Of a DNA stretch of 64,000 bases, positions 55,540 through 64,000 are shown piece after piece. The first letter of the stretch is position 1, and the number at the start of each line of letters is the position of its first letter. The position numbers and the translations under genes are program-made. The notes beneath the pieces were generated by a model. That model ran no database searches. It was not told the DNA's origin and saw only the letters and a list, made by a program, of their open reading frames with translations. The DNA lies in the IMG/VR virus record IMGVR_UViG_3300025867_000005. One strand, given 5' to 3'. This DNA is from a virus (Duplodnaviria; Caudoviricetes).

Positions 55540-56085
55540 ATGGAATGGTACTGTTTGATCATAAATTCGACTAGCCATTACGGCAAATCGAATATCGTTG
55601 TAGAAGAAATTGAAGGAATATTTTCGAAGTCAAAAGAAAAGCCGCAGTTTATTGTCATAGAAGATAAAGAAATAAAGAAGACCGGAGAATATATGATTTT
55701 CGTCTGTTCTCCTGATTTTCAAAGCAAGAAGGAACAGATTGTCAGACTTTCTTCTGTCGTTCGAATAATTGAGAATGACGGTATAAGTTACCGCTTTTCG
55801 GATTCCGAAGTTAAGAAATTCACCAAGTCTATAGAAAAGAACGGTGCGGATATGCGTTTCAAGAAAGGAGATGTCGTCTTTGTTAGAGACGGGTATCTGA
55901 AAAACCTTTACGGGCTTGTAACTGGGAAAAACAGGGACGGGTCAAAAATAAAAGTTCTGTTTAAGTTCCATGTGCGTTCTTTTATCAGAGAATTGAATCC
56001 GAAAGACCTTAGACTAGAAAAGAATATCTTTAAGGATATGCCTTGTAACATCAGCAACCAGGACTGGTTCAAGCGCTTTGTTTGA
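55540..56085 (+). CDS. NusG/RfaH-like transcription elongation factor
   Basis: NGN-like start WYCLII...GEYMIFV; KOW motif FKKGDVVFVRDGYLKNLYGLVTG. Confidence 0.75.
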   Translation: MEWYCLIINSTSHYGKSNIVVEEIEGIFSKSKEKPQFIVIEDKEIKKTGEYMIFVCSPDFQSKKEQIVRLSSVVRIIENDGISYRFSDSEVKKFTKSIEKNGADMRFKKGDVVFVRDGYLKNLYGLVTGKNRDGSKIKVLFKFHVRSFIRELNPKDLRLEKNIFKDMPCNISNQDWFKRFV

Positions 56086-56678
56086 TTAAGGAGGCTTTAA
56101 AAGTGGCAATTCAAGTGAGTTATGTCGGCGGCGATGTCGAAAATTTTAAGGATATTTCTGTAGAAGGAGAATCAGAACAGTTCCTTACAGTTGAAAACGT
56201 CAAATATTTCCGGTCCCTGTTTTCGTTTTTAAATCCGAAAGACCGTGATATCCTTTACCTTATTTTCCTTTCCAGAAAGAAACAAACGGAAGTCCAGGAA
56301 ATTCTGGAACGTGGACAGTCAAGTCTTTGTTATGACATCAAGCAAATACGTAAACGTTTGAAATGTATTTCATATCTTAAATCTGTTTCGGACATCTTCG
56401 TCGAATTCATAGAAAAAGAAGCTTCACAGTATTTCAACGAACAGGAGAAGGCGATCCTTACGATGCTGTTTTTCTCAACATCCTATATCTGTACGGCAGA
56501 AACATTGAAGATGTCTCAGGTCAAAGTATCTTCAACCTTCGAAAAATGTCTAGAACGGCTTCTGTCTCAAAAGATATGGCCTATGTATGAAATCTTCTAC
56601 ACGATAAAGGAAAATCTGAATATCGTCAAAAGAACATATAGACGGAACGGGAAAATACTAGATGAAGTCATGGATTGA
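56082..56678 (+). CDS. Protein with tandem sigma70 region-4-like HTH domains
   Basis: LNPKDRDILYLIFLSRKKQTEVQEILERGQSSL...IRKRL and FNEQEKAILTMLF...AETLKMSQVKV...CLERL. Confidence 0.65.
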   Translation: MIKEALKVAIQVSYVGGDVENFKDISVEGESEQFLTVENVKYFRSLFSFLNPKDRDILYLIFLSRKKQTEVQEILERGQSSLCYDIKQIRKRLKCISYLKSVSDIFVEFIEKEASQYFNEQEKAILTMLFFSTSYICTAETLKMSQVKVSSTFEKCLERLLSQKIWPMYEIFYTIKENLNIVKRTYRRNGKILDEVMD

Positions 56679-56690
56679 TACCGACAGTTT

Positions 56691-56715
56691 TTTTGATATT
56701 AAAACAAGGATATAG
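56691..56715 (+). promoter_or_regulatory. TTTTGATA-N12-TATAG candidate late promoter heading the packaging/head operon
   Basis: Intergenic, upstream of a GAGG RBS; same spacing as at 15156. Confidence 0.55.
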
Positions 56716-56733
56716 GTAAAGAAGAGGTCAAAT

Positions 56734-57105
56734 ATGTCTAAACTTTCTAAAGAATTGGCAGAAATCAAGAAGCGCATAGCTAGCGTCAGCGTCAGTAATT
56801 CCGTTTCGGAAGACGATTCATGGTCAGAAAACTTCCGTTGGCATGCGAGTCTCGGAATTGATAGTGTTCTCGGCAACAACAAGAGACTTGTCAAGGAACT
56901 TCCGAGAGAATCAGAATACGTGAAAAGGATGTTCGTGGCGGCCGGGTGTAGAAGTGACGGCGGCAATGTCTTGGTTCACAAACTCCGTCATTGTCTTTGG
57001 GAAATGAGTGATGACAATACCTTTATAAAGCCAGTACATGCATCAGACATTTTGACACTTCAAGACCTTGAAGACGATATCACAACCATTGAAAACGAGG
57101 CATAA
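56734..57105 (+). CDS. Hypothetical protein
   Basis: GAGG RBS, 123 aa. Confidence 0.6.
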   Translation: MSKLSKELAEIKKRIASVSVSNSVSEDDSWSENFRWHASLGIDSVLGNNKRLVKELPRESEYVKRMFVAAGCRSDGGNVLVHKLRHCLWEMSDDNTFIKPVHASDILTLQDLEDDITTIENEA

Positions 57106-57108
57106 ACA

Positions 57109-58323
57109 ATGAATTTCATACAAAAAATCAACGAATTGAAGCCGGACTTTTCATGGACGGAAGATAATGAAAATTATGACGTAGAGAAGAATGAACGTAA
57201 TCCGTATGACTGCAAAGACGAACTTGAAAAACAGTGGAACGGTAAATTAGTTCCTTCTACACCTGAAGAAGGTTCTACAAAGAGAATGAGAGAAGCTAAA
57301 CAGAAAATGGTTCAGTCTGTCAGAAACATGATGAACGCAGGTTGCCGGATTGATGTCATCAAAGCCAGAATCGCGAAGAACAACAAGAAAGAAATCGTTG
57401 CGTTGTTTCAGCCGGACATCGACAAGCAGTTGAAATTGTACGGGTCTGTCGGCAGATTCATTTTGGATGCCAGAGGTTATGGTTCCTGTAAAGAAGCGTG
57501 GGCTTCTACAGTCAAGAACCCATATCGCAAGTATTTCGGATATGTTTTGGGATGCGGATGCCATGAACATGCGGAACTCAATCAGATGCCAGGACATAAA
57601 AATCAGGATTTCAAGCTTTCAGAAAGCCGTGATATGGTGGCTTCATGCTTGGAGTCAGATACGGAACATAAGTCCTATAAGGCTTGCATTCCAACTTCCC
57701 TAGTCGTGATAGCCGGTGCCGGTGACATAGACGAGAAGTGGGCCGGAAATACGATGATCGATATTATGAATGCCTGTTCTGGTGATAATGAAGGCAATGA
57801 AGAATCCGTAAAGAAGATAACGGCAAGTTGTGACAAGCCGTATGACAAGCTGAAAAAGTTTTTCATCGCATTTGAACAGGGGGAATTCCAGACGGAAGAA
57901 AGATTCATCATCAATCCAGAAGATGTCTTCACAACCACACCGCAAGAAATTGAAATTCCTGAATCAGAAGTACAGATTCCAGACATTGAAATCCCTGTAA
58001 GGAATGACAAAATCAACCTTTACGATGATCTAGAAAGGGTTGAAGTCGGAGATATGGACGGCAACAGCATGGACATAGATTTGGCGGGAGAAGCAGAACC
58101 AGTCGTTCTTTCAGGTGGTGATATTCCTTCAATAGAAATTGACATTTCTGAAAATGAATCTGGTCTTGAAGGAATCGGTAATGAAGATGTGGATATGGGA
58201 TTTTCAAGCCCGAAGGAAATAAATATTCCAGAACAAGAAGGGAATATCCAGGTAGGCTTTTCTGAAGGGCTTTCAGAAGACATTCAGGTGTCAGAAGAAG
58301 AACCTTTGGAAATACAGTTTTAA
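57109..58323 (+). CDS. Hypothetical protein with a long acidic low-complexity C-terminus
   Basis: 404 aa; repeated (I/M)(E/D)I(D/P) acidic motifs. Confidence 0.65.
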   Translation: MNFIQKINELKPDFSWTEDNENYDVEKNERNPYDCKDELEKQWNGKLVPSTPEEGSTKRMREAKQKMVQSVRNMMNAGCRIDVIKARIAKNNKKEIVALFQPDIDKQLKLYGSVGRFILDARGYGSCKEAWASTVKNPYRKYFGYVLGCGCHEHAELNQMPGHKNQDFKLSESRDMVASCLESDTEHKSYKACIPTSLVVIAGAGDIDEKWAGNTMIDIMNACSGDNEGNEESVKKITASCDKPYDKLKKFFIAFEQGEFQTEERFIINPEDVFTTTPQEIEIPESEVQIPDIEIPVRNDKINLYDDLERVEVGDMDGNSMDIDLAGEAEPVVLSGGDIPSIEIDISENESGLEGIGNEDVDMGFSSPKEINIPEQEGNIQVGFSEGLSEDIQVSEEEPLEIQF

Positions 58324-58334
58324 GGATAATCAAT

Positions 58335-58871
58335 ATGGATGAGAACAAAGACCGTCAAGAAATCACGGTCTTAAATTCAGAGTTGCCTGTAGCGACAGAA
58401 GAGAGTGCATCAAAACTCTCCTATAAGAAACAGAAGATACGAGAGTTTTATAACGGGCAGACCCTTACAGAAAAACTTGCGTCTAAGGACATGTCTCTGG
58501 AAGACATTCTTGATTCCCTGGTTTCTGAATATGTAAGGGAAATCGACAATCTAGCCGGTAACATTGTGATGGCCGATGAAGTCGGGAATATAGAAAGTTC
58601 TTCTGTCATTTCCACCAAAAGAGCTGAAATAGTAGACAAGATGTTGAAAGCCTTTATGTCCAGAAAAGAATTTGACGCAAGTTCAAGCATCGACGTGAAC
58701 TCTCCTTCAATGAAAATAATTTGGAGATTCTTCATGACGAAGTGCCAGGAAAGCTTTGCGAAATCCGGTTTCAGCATAGAAATTTCGAACATTTTCTTCC
58801 AAAATCTAACCGAAGTTATGGGGGATTGGCGGAAGGAACTAAAACGGCAGATAGCCGAAATAAAAACATGA
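58335..58871 (+). CDS. Helical protein, possible terminase small subunit
   Basis: Size and position just before the terminase genes; no diagnostic motif. Confidence 0.35.
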   Translation: MDENKDRQEITVLNSELPVATEESASKLSYKKQKIREFYNGQTLTEKLASKDMSLEDILDSLVSEYVREIDNLAGNIVMADEVGNIESSSVISTKRAEIVDKMLKAFMSRKEFDASSSIDVNSPSMKIIWRFFMTKCQESFAKSGFSIEISNIFFQNLTEVMGDWRKELKRQIAEIKT

Positions 58872-58878
58872 GGTACAC

Positions 58879-59727
58879 ATGCAGGACATTATTGAGTTTA
58901 CAGAATCTCTTGGGATAAACTTGGAGATCGGACAGCGCATCTTTCTCAAACTGGCTTACGGATTGGAATTTGATGATAGTGATATTTATCCGGTGGAAGA
59001 TCCATTTAAATTCTATGAACCCCGTCAGATGACAGAAAAACAACTGTTTAAACATTTATCTGAAGACAATATCAAATTCGGAGAAAAAGACAGAAGGTTT
59101 GTTTCAGCGGTTTGTGGAAGACGGTCTGGAAAGACGCTGTTAGGCGCTCTTGCTATGGGATATGAATTGAAGAAATTCTTGAAGAATCCAAATCCTTGTG
59201 AATCAAATAAAATGGTAAATGGAACGAAATTTTATTTTTTGTTTTTGGCTCCCACACAAGATAGCGCGGCACATGGGCTAGATATATTCAATACTTTAAT
59301 CGCAAGAGATTCGTTCTTAAATTCAAGAATATGCTTTAAAACGATATATGAAATTTCATTTAAGACGGATGAAGATATAGAAAAAGGAAGGGATGGAACT
59401 GTTATTGTCATGTCTGGCTCTTTTGGCTCTTCATCAACAAGAGGAAAGAATGTTTATATGGCCATAGCGGAAGAAATTGAATTTGGTTTTGATTTTAAGA
59501 AGACTTTTCAGTCAGTTTCCCCATCTTTGTTCGGATTTAAAGAGAATCTTAGTTTTACCTTTTCGTCCAAGGCAAATTATTCAAATCCGATGACAAGTTA
59601 TTGCAAACCAAGATTTATTTTTAACGGTTATACCACGTTGATGAACCCAAGATGCCTTCAAAAATCAGACATTAAACATATGATTCAGAATGATTGTTGT
59701 AACTTTATCCGTGAGTTTTGTGTGTAA
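58879..59727 (+). CDS. Terminase-like ATPase domain only, paralog of the downstream TerL
   Basis: CGRRSGKT, LAPTQD, TDEDI and RGKNVYMAIAEE motifs; collinear with the TerL N-half; no nuclease domain. Confidence 0.8.
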   Translation: MQDIIEFTESLGINLEIGQRIFLKLAYGLEFDDSDIYPVEDPFKFYEPRQMTEKQLFKHLSEDNIKFGEKDRRFVSAVCGRRSGKTLLGALAMGYELKKFLKNPNPCESNKMVNGTKFYFLFLAPTQDSAAHGLDIFNTLIARDSFLNSRICFKTIYEISFKTDEDIEKGRDGTVIVMSGSFGSSSTRGKNVYMAIAEEIEFGFDFKKTFQSVSPSLFGFKENLSFTFSSKANYSNPMTSYCKPRFIFNGYTTLMNPRCLQKSDIKHMIQNDCCNFIREFCV

Positions 59728-59729
59728 CA

Positions 59730-61514
59730 ATGGCAAAAGACAACCTCATAAATGAAATCGCAAATGAATTTATAGTCGGTGGAGATCCGAATAGCAGGTG
59801 CGCCGACATTATTACATTTGTTGAAGCGAATTGGGGATTCGGAATCAAACTCAGACCGGCACAAAGGGTAATCCTGAAGATGCTCTACGGGCTTCCTCTG
59901 GATGAAAATGAAGAATTCCCCATTTATGATGTTGTCAAAGAAAAGGTCATCGGGAAATTTACTGAAAAGACATTCGTAAAATGGCTTCATCTAAATAAAA
60001 GGTGTAACTACGAAGACACCCCAGGTAAGCAGATTAAAGAACTTGTGCTTGTTGCCGGAAGGCGTAGCGGCAAGTCCATGATTTCAGCCTGTATCATCGG
60101 CTACGAGCTCTATAAGCTTGTCCTTCTGGGGGACCCAGCCAAACACTACGGCAAACCTTCCCAAGCGTCTATCAAGGTTTTGAACGTGGCACCGACAGAT
60201 GAACAGGCGGGAGTTGTGTTCGATGTCGCAAGTACGGCGATTGACCATTGCCCGATTCTTAAGAACAGGGTTTGCAACAGGACCCAGACGTACTTCAGTC
60301 TTTTTACAGATGAAGATATTGCCAACGGTAAAAACAAAGCCAGCCTTTCCTTTATTACTGGCGGTTGCAGTTCCAATGGTTTGCGTGGACACGATGCCAT
60401 TGTCGTTTGTATGGACGAAATGGCTTTCTTTATCAGTAATGAAGCGTCTAAATTCAGTGGAGAAGAAGTCTACAAGGGACTTACGCCTAGCGTAAAAGGG
60501 TTTAAAGGCGACGGCAAAGTCATTTGCATAAGTTCTCCAAAAGCGAAATACGGCAAATTCTACAGGCAGTTTCTTGCTGGTATGGAAGAAAAGGAATCCA
60601 GTAGCCTTTGTATTCAGATGTATACGGCGATGATGAATCCAGACCTTATCACAAGTGAAGACTTGAAGATAGAACGCAGAAGAAACAGAAATGGATTTAT
60701 GGCGGAATTCGGAGCTGAATTCAGTGATAGTATTTCTGCTTGGGTGGACGATCCTGATGAATTCCGTTCTTGTGTCGACCCTTTCTATATCAAACCGACC
60801 AGAGGGAAGGGAGAAGTAAGGTATTATGCTGGTCTTGACCTCGGATTCAAGAATGACGGGGCGGCATTAGCCATAAGCCATGATGAAGAAGGGATAATAA
60901 CGCTTGACTATGCTTCTGTTTGGTTTAGTGCTAGTTCAGACATATGGCAAGCCGAACAGTCGATCTATTCCAAATGTGACAAGTACAAGCATTTGAACAG
61001 GCTTCTGATGGAAGATATCGCGAAAGAGATTGAAGATGCCAATAAACGGTTTCCTATAACTTCAGGGATAATGGATAGCAAAGAAGCTTACGGAATGTCT
61101 GAAATAATGAAGAAGAACGGAATTGATTATTTCGAAGCCGTTTCGACAAGTCTTTCTTTCAACTCTGAGGTTTATGAAGTAGTCAAAAGTCTTTACACGG
61201 AAAAACTATTAAGACTTTATGAAGACCCTGTTTTGATCCCTGAAGTTCTGATGTTGGAAGCGACACTCGTAGACGGAGGCAAGACGAGATATGATGTCTG
61301 TGCACCGGCACGTCCGGGATGCCATGATGATATCAGTGAAGCATGGGCGCGAAGTGTATATTGCTGCTACAATGATGTGAAAAGGACTATCCATAAACCG
61401 ACAGTCAAAAGTCCGTTTGTTAATAGCAGGTTGGCGACAGTCGTACGGTACAATATGTTGAGAGAAGGAAACGGTAGAACAGTAAGAACAGGAAACGTAA
61501 GGAGATTTTACTAA
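59730..61514 (+). CDS. terL: Terminase large subunit
   Basis: Walker A AGRRSGKS, Walker B VVCMDE, coupling motif ISSP, nuclease AGLDLG...ND and HDD. Confidence 0.93.
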   Translation: MAKDNLINEIANEFIVGGDPNSRCADIITFVEANWGFGIKLRPAQRVILKMLYGLPLDENEEFPIYDVVKEKVIGKFTEKTFVKWLHLNKRCNYEDTPGKQIKELVLVAGRRSGKSMISACIIGYELYKLVLLGDPAKHYGKPSQASIKVLNVAPTDEQAGVVFDVASTAIDHCPILKNRVCNRTQTYFSLFTDEDIANGKNKASLSFITGGCSSNGLRGHDAIVVCMDEMAFFISNEASKFSGEEVYKGLTPSVKGFKGDGKVICISSPKAKYGKFYRQFLAGMEEKESSSLCIQMYTAMMNPDLITSEDLKIERRRNRNGFMAEFGAEFSDSISAWVDDPDEFRSCVDPFYIKPTRGKGEVRYYAGLDLGFKNDGAALAISHDEEGIITLDYASVWFSASSDIWQAEQSIYSKCDKYKHLNRLLMEDIAKEIEDANKRFPITSGIMDSKEAYGMSEIMKKNGIDYFEAVSTSLSFNSEVYEVVKSLYTEKLLRLYEDPVLIPEVLMLEATLVDGGKTRYDVCAPARPGCHDDISEAWARSVYCCYNDVKRTIHKPTVKSPFVNSRLATVVRYNMLREGNGRTVRTGNVRRFY

Positions 61515-62002
61515 TGGATATTAAAGCTTTACAGGCGGTCGCTTCTGTAGAAAGAAAGCTGGAAGAAAAAAGCGCTTTAGAACAACTGAAAAGAATCGAG
61601 CCATATATCAAAGATGTTCCTATGGCGGCACAGGTGGCTTCATATATAAAAACCTATCACCAGCCGATACCAGAAAACCATCAAGTCTTTTCATATATTT
61701 CTGATTTTGAAAAGAGAAAGAACCAAAAACAGACTTTTTCGAAAGAAAATGGGAAAGATCCAGAAAAAGAAGAATCGGCTTACGGAGAAGAGGAAAAGAA
61801 AGATGACAACAAGAATACCGATCTTTTTGATATTATTGATAAATCTCTTAAAGAAATGGAAGAAGAAAATGACAAGCTTTGGTACTTCCTTGAACAGCAC
61901 CGCATGGAATTGCAATCAGATTATGAATTCAGAAGCAAATTCATGCAAATCCGATCATATTTGAAAAACAACAAATCCATTTTGAAAAGATTCGGGAGAT
62001 AA
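61514..62002 (+). CDS. Hypothetical charged protein
   Basis: TAATG overlaps at both ends. Confidence 0.65.
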   Translation: MDIKALQAVASVERKLEEKSALEQLKRIEPYIKDVPMAAQVASYIKTYHQPIPENHQVFSYISDFEKRKNQKQTFSKENGKDPEKEESAYGEEEKKDDNKNTDLFDIIDKSLKEMEEENDKLWYFLEQHRMELQSDYEFRSKFMQIRSYLKNNKSILKRFGR

Positions 62003-64000
62003 TGACAATGAGCAAAAAGAATAGATTGCGTAAAAAGATGCGAGAGATGAATTTTGCCAGTATCCCGCAGATGCCAGCAGTTACTTCTCCTATGAGAAAT
62101 CCAGAAGATGAAATGCTAAGCAAAGCTAAACGCAATGTTTCAGAGATCGAAGGTCGTTTGGCAAAAAAGACGATGATCGCCGGGATGTCAAGAACGGCAG
62201 GAATGATGATCGACGGATATTCTTCAACAATCAGTAATTACACGCCTGGATTCGTTCTTGAAAGCTATAGGAACAGTTATGCCAGCGGTTTGGGTATCAA
62301 GTCCGGCGTCTACGATATCCCTTCTTTCATCACATTGATGAACTCTAAAAACGGAGGAATCATTCAATGGCCGTCTTGCCTTCAAGAGAAGTTCTCATGG
62401 TTTCGCTGGTACGCGAGAAGTGATTCCCTTGTCGGCAGGGCTTTGGATCTTCTTACCGACCTTCCTAGAACCAAAATAACCTTGACGATTCCGAAATTTG
62501 TTCCTGAAGAGAGAAGAGACGAAGTTAAGGAATTATTTGAAGACCAAGTAAGAACACTTGAACTTTTCAAGAAAAGCGGGGATATCCTGTATGAACGTAA
62601 TTGCATAGGAATGGTGTATCTGTTTTGTGAATGGGATAAAGAAAACAGACTTTGGAAACGTATACAAATGCTTCCTCCTGAAGAAGTCTTTGTTTTCGAA
62701 ATCGGTTTCAGCGAAGAGAAAAGGATTGAATACCGTCCGAGACGTTATATTCAAATGCTTCAGGGCAGCGTAAGCAACCACAACAACAATCTTGAAGAAG
62801 AAATAATCGACAACGTTCCTAAAGAAATTGTAGATGCCATTACTCAAGACGGGTATATCGCTTTGGATTGGAACCATATGAACGGAAGTTTTTGCGAATG
62901 CATCGCAAGAAGGAAAAGCCCGTATATGGATGTCAGCCCTTCTATCCTTGACAGAATCCTGACGCCTCTACAACTTAAGGACTTCTACAAGTTTACCCAG
63001 TTGGCACTTGCAAGCCGCAATATGTCTCCGAAATATCTTCTCAAGGCTCCGAATGCCACAATAGAAGAACTTGAAGATTTGCGTATGCAGTGGGATATCA
63101 GCTATAATGAACCAGACTATTCAATCGCTGGAAACTACGAATACAGCATCGACAAACTTGACAGCAGGGACAGGCTTCTGGATATCGGTTCAGAAATTGA
63201 ACGTCTGGATAATGAAATTTATGTCGGCTTGGGAATTACGAAGGAAATGTTGACTGGAGAAGGAAGTTATTCCGGAAGCAAGACAACGACTGACATTCTG
63301 AATACGATGTTTATGCAGGAACGTGAAACGCTTGTCGACTTCTTTGAAAACAAACTGTTTATCCCTATTTGTGAAGCCAGAGGATGGTATACAATCGGAA
63401 AGAACAACATCAAGAAATACTGGTGTCCTAAAGTCGGTTTCAACAGGCTTACGATTCGTGATAACGATGAAGTCTTTCAGAACCTATTCCAACTCTATCA
63501 GAAGGGAAGTCTTCCGATCGAAATCATCTATGAGCTGTTCAATCTTGATGCTTCTGAAGTCAGTGAAAAGCTTTACCAAGATTTGTTCACTGTCAGAGAC
63601 AGCAGTTTTAATGAACTTATCCGTAGCCTTCTAAGTGAAGCCGCAAGTAATCTCGGAGAGAAATCAAACTTCTCAGAAATCATTGCAAAGTATCTTAACC
63701 TTAAGGTACAAGAACAACCACAAGCAGGTGGGCAAGAAGGCGGTGGAGAAGGTGGAATGCCAGACTTGCCTTCTCTATTGGGTGGACAAGCAGGTGGGCA
63801 GGAAGGCGATCAAGAAACCGGTGGACAGGAAGCACAACAAACAAGTGATGAATCTCAGAAATTCCTCGAACAGGCTTTGGCTCCGGGACTAGGTGAAACC
63901 GTCCCGGAACCTGGTCAGCAGGAACCCGCAAAAGAAGAACCAGAAGAAGGAAAATTAGATATTGATTCCATATCTGATGCCGTTGCGGAGGAATTGCCTT
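62002..64000 (+). CDS. Portal protein, 3'-truncated, more than 660 aa, absent from the ORF track
   Basis: Frame open from ATG 62002 to the window end; WFRWYARSDSLVGRALDLLTDLP, ARRKSPY, GLGITKEMLTGEGSYSG, FENKLFIPICEARG; follows terL. Confidence 0.82.
   Translation, partial: MTMSKKNRLRKKMREMNFASIPQMPAVTSPMRNPEDEMLSKAKRNVSEIEGRLAKKTMIAGMSRTAGMMIDGYSSTISNYTPGFVLESYRNSYASGLGIKSGVYDIPSFITLMNSKNGGIIQWPSCLQEKFSWFRWYARSDSLVGRALDLLTDLPRTKITLTIPKFVPEERRDEVKELFEDQVRTLELFKKSGDILYERNCIGMVYLFCEWDKENRLWKRIQMLPPEEVFVFEIGFSEEKRIEYRPRRYIQMLQGSVSNHNNNLEEEIIDNVPKEIVDAITQDGYIALDWNHMNGSFCECIARRKSPYMDVSPSILDRILTPLQLKDFYKFTQLALASRNMSPKYLLKAPNATIEELEDLRMQWDISYNEPDYSIAGNYEYSIDKLDSRDRLLDIGSEIERLDNEIYVGLGITKEMLTGEGSYSGSKTTTDILNTMFMQERETLVDFFENKLFIPICEARGWYTIGKNNIKKYWCPKVGFNRLTIRDNDEVFQNLFQLYQKGSLPIEIIYELFNLDASEVSEKLYQDLFTVRDSSFNELIRSLLSEAASNLGEKSNFSEIIAKYLNLKVQEQPQAGGQEGGGEGGMPDLPSLLGGQAGGQEGDQETGGQEAQQTSDESQKFLEQALAPGLGETVPEPGQQEPAKEEPEEGKLDIDSISDAVAEELP

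Noticed and set aside
63715-63845. Short CAAGCAGGTGGGCA(A/G)GAAGGCG repeats
   Set aside because: They encode the low-complexity Gly/Gln/Glu tail of the portal, which is ordinary.
1-64000. Genome-wide stop-codon reassignment (code 15 or 4)
   Set aside because: Coding density is high in code 11, long late ORFs have no in-frame TAG or TGA, and TAG or TGA end genes at expected places (for example WK-TAG at 7372 matches the ends of its paralogs).

Overview
A 64-kb segment of a large tailed dsDNA phage genome, probably a jumbo phage, read in genetic code 11. + strand 1-13.3 kb and 15.2-19.0 kb: mosaic fibre and adhesin-like genes (internal foldon, BspA-type LRR, LamG, 31-aa LRR arrays), several with N-terminal signal peptides. 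- strand 13.3-15.1 kb and 19-44 kb: early/middle accessory genes, the 19-44 kb block driven by nine TTGACA-N17-TAnnnT promoters. These include ThyX, dUTPase, HAD, radical SAM, RtcB with an HNH intein, CoaB, a CoaC-M23 fusion, a CX5R phosphatase, a five-gene glycosylation cluster, an RNA ligase, a MoxR/vWA pair, an AAA ATPase and a Pol-beta nucleotidyltransferase. + strand 44-64 kb: secreted proteins, a ~0.9-kb densely base-paired non-coding region, a Rad50-like half, a second AAA/vWA pair, lysis genes, NusG-like and sigma-like regulators, a duplicated terminase ATPase domain, TerL and a portal that runs off the end. The best leads are the candidate large structured RNA (45.6-46.4 kb), in-frame stops inside two otherwise intact late genes, signal-peptide-bearing Thr-Asn-rich fibre-like proteins, the CoaB plus CoaC-M23 pair and the ATPase-only terminase paralog. 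All calls come from motif recognition by eye; no searches were run.
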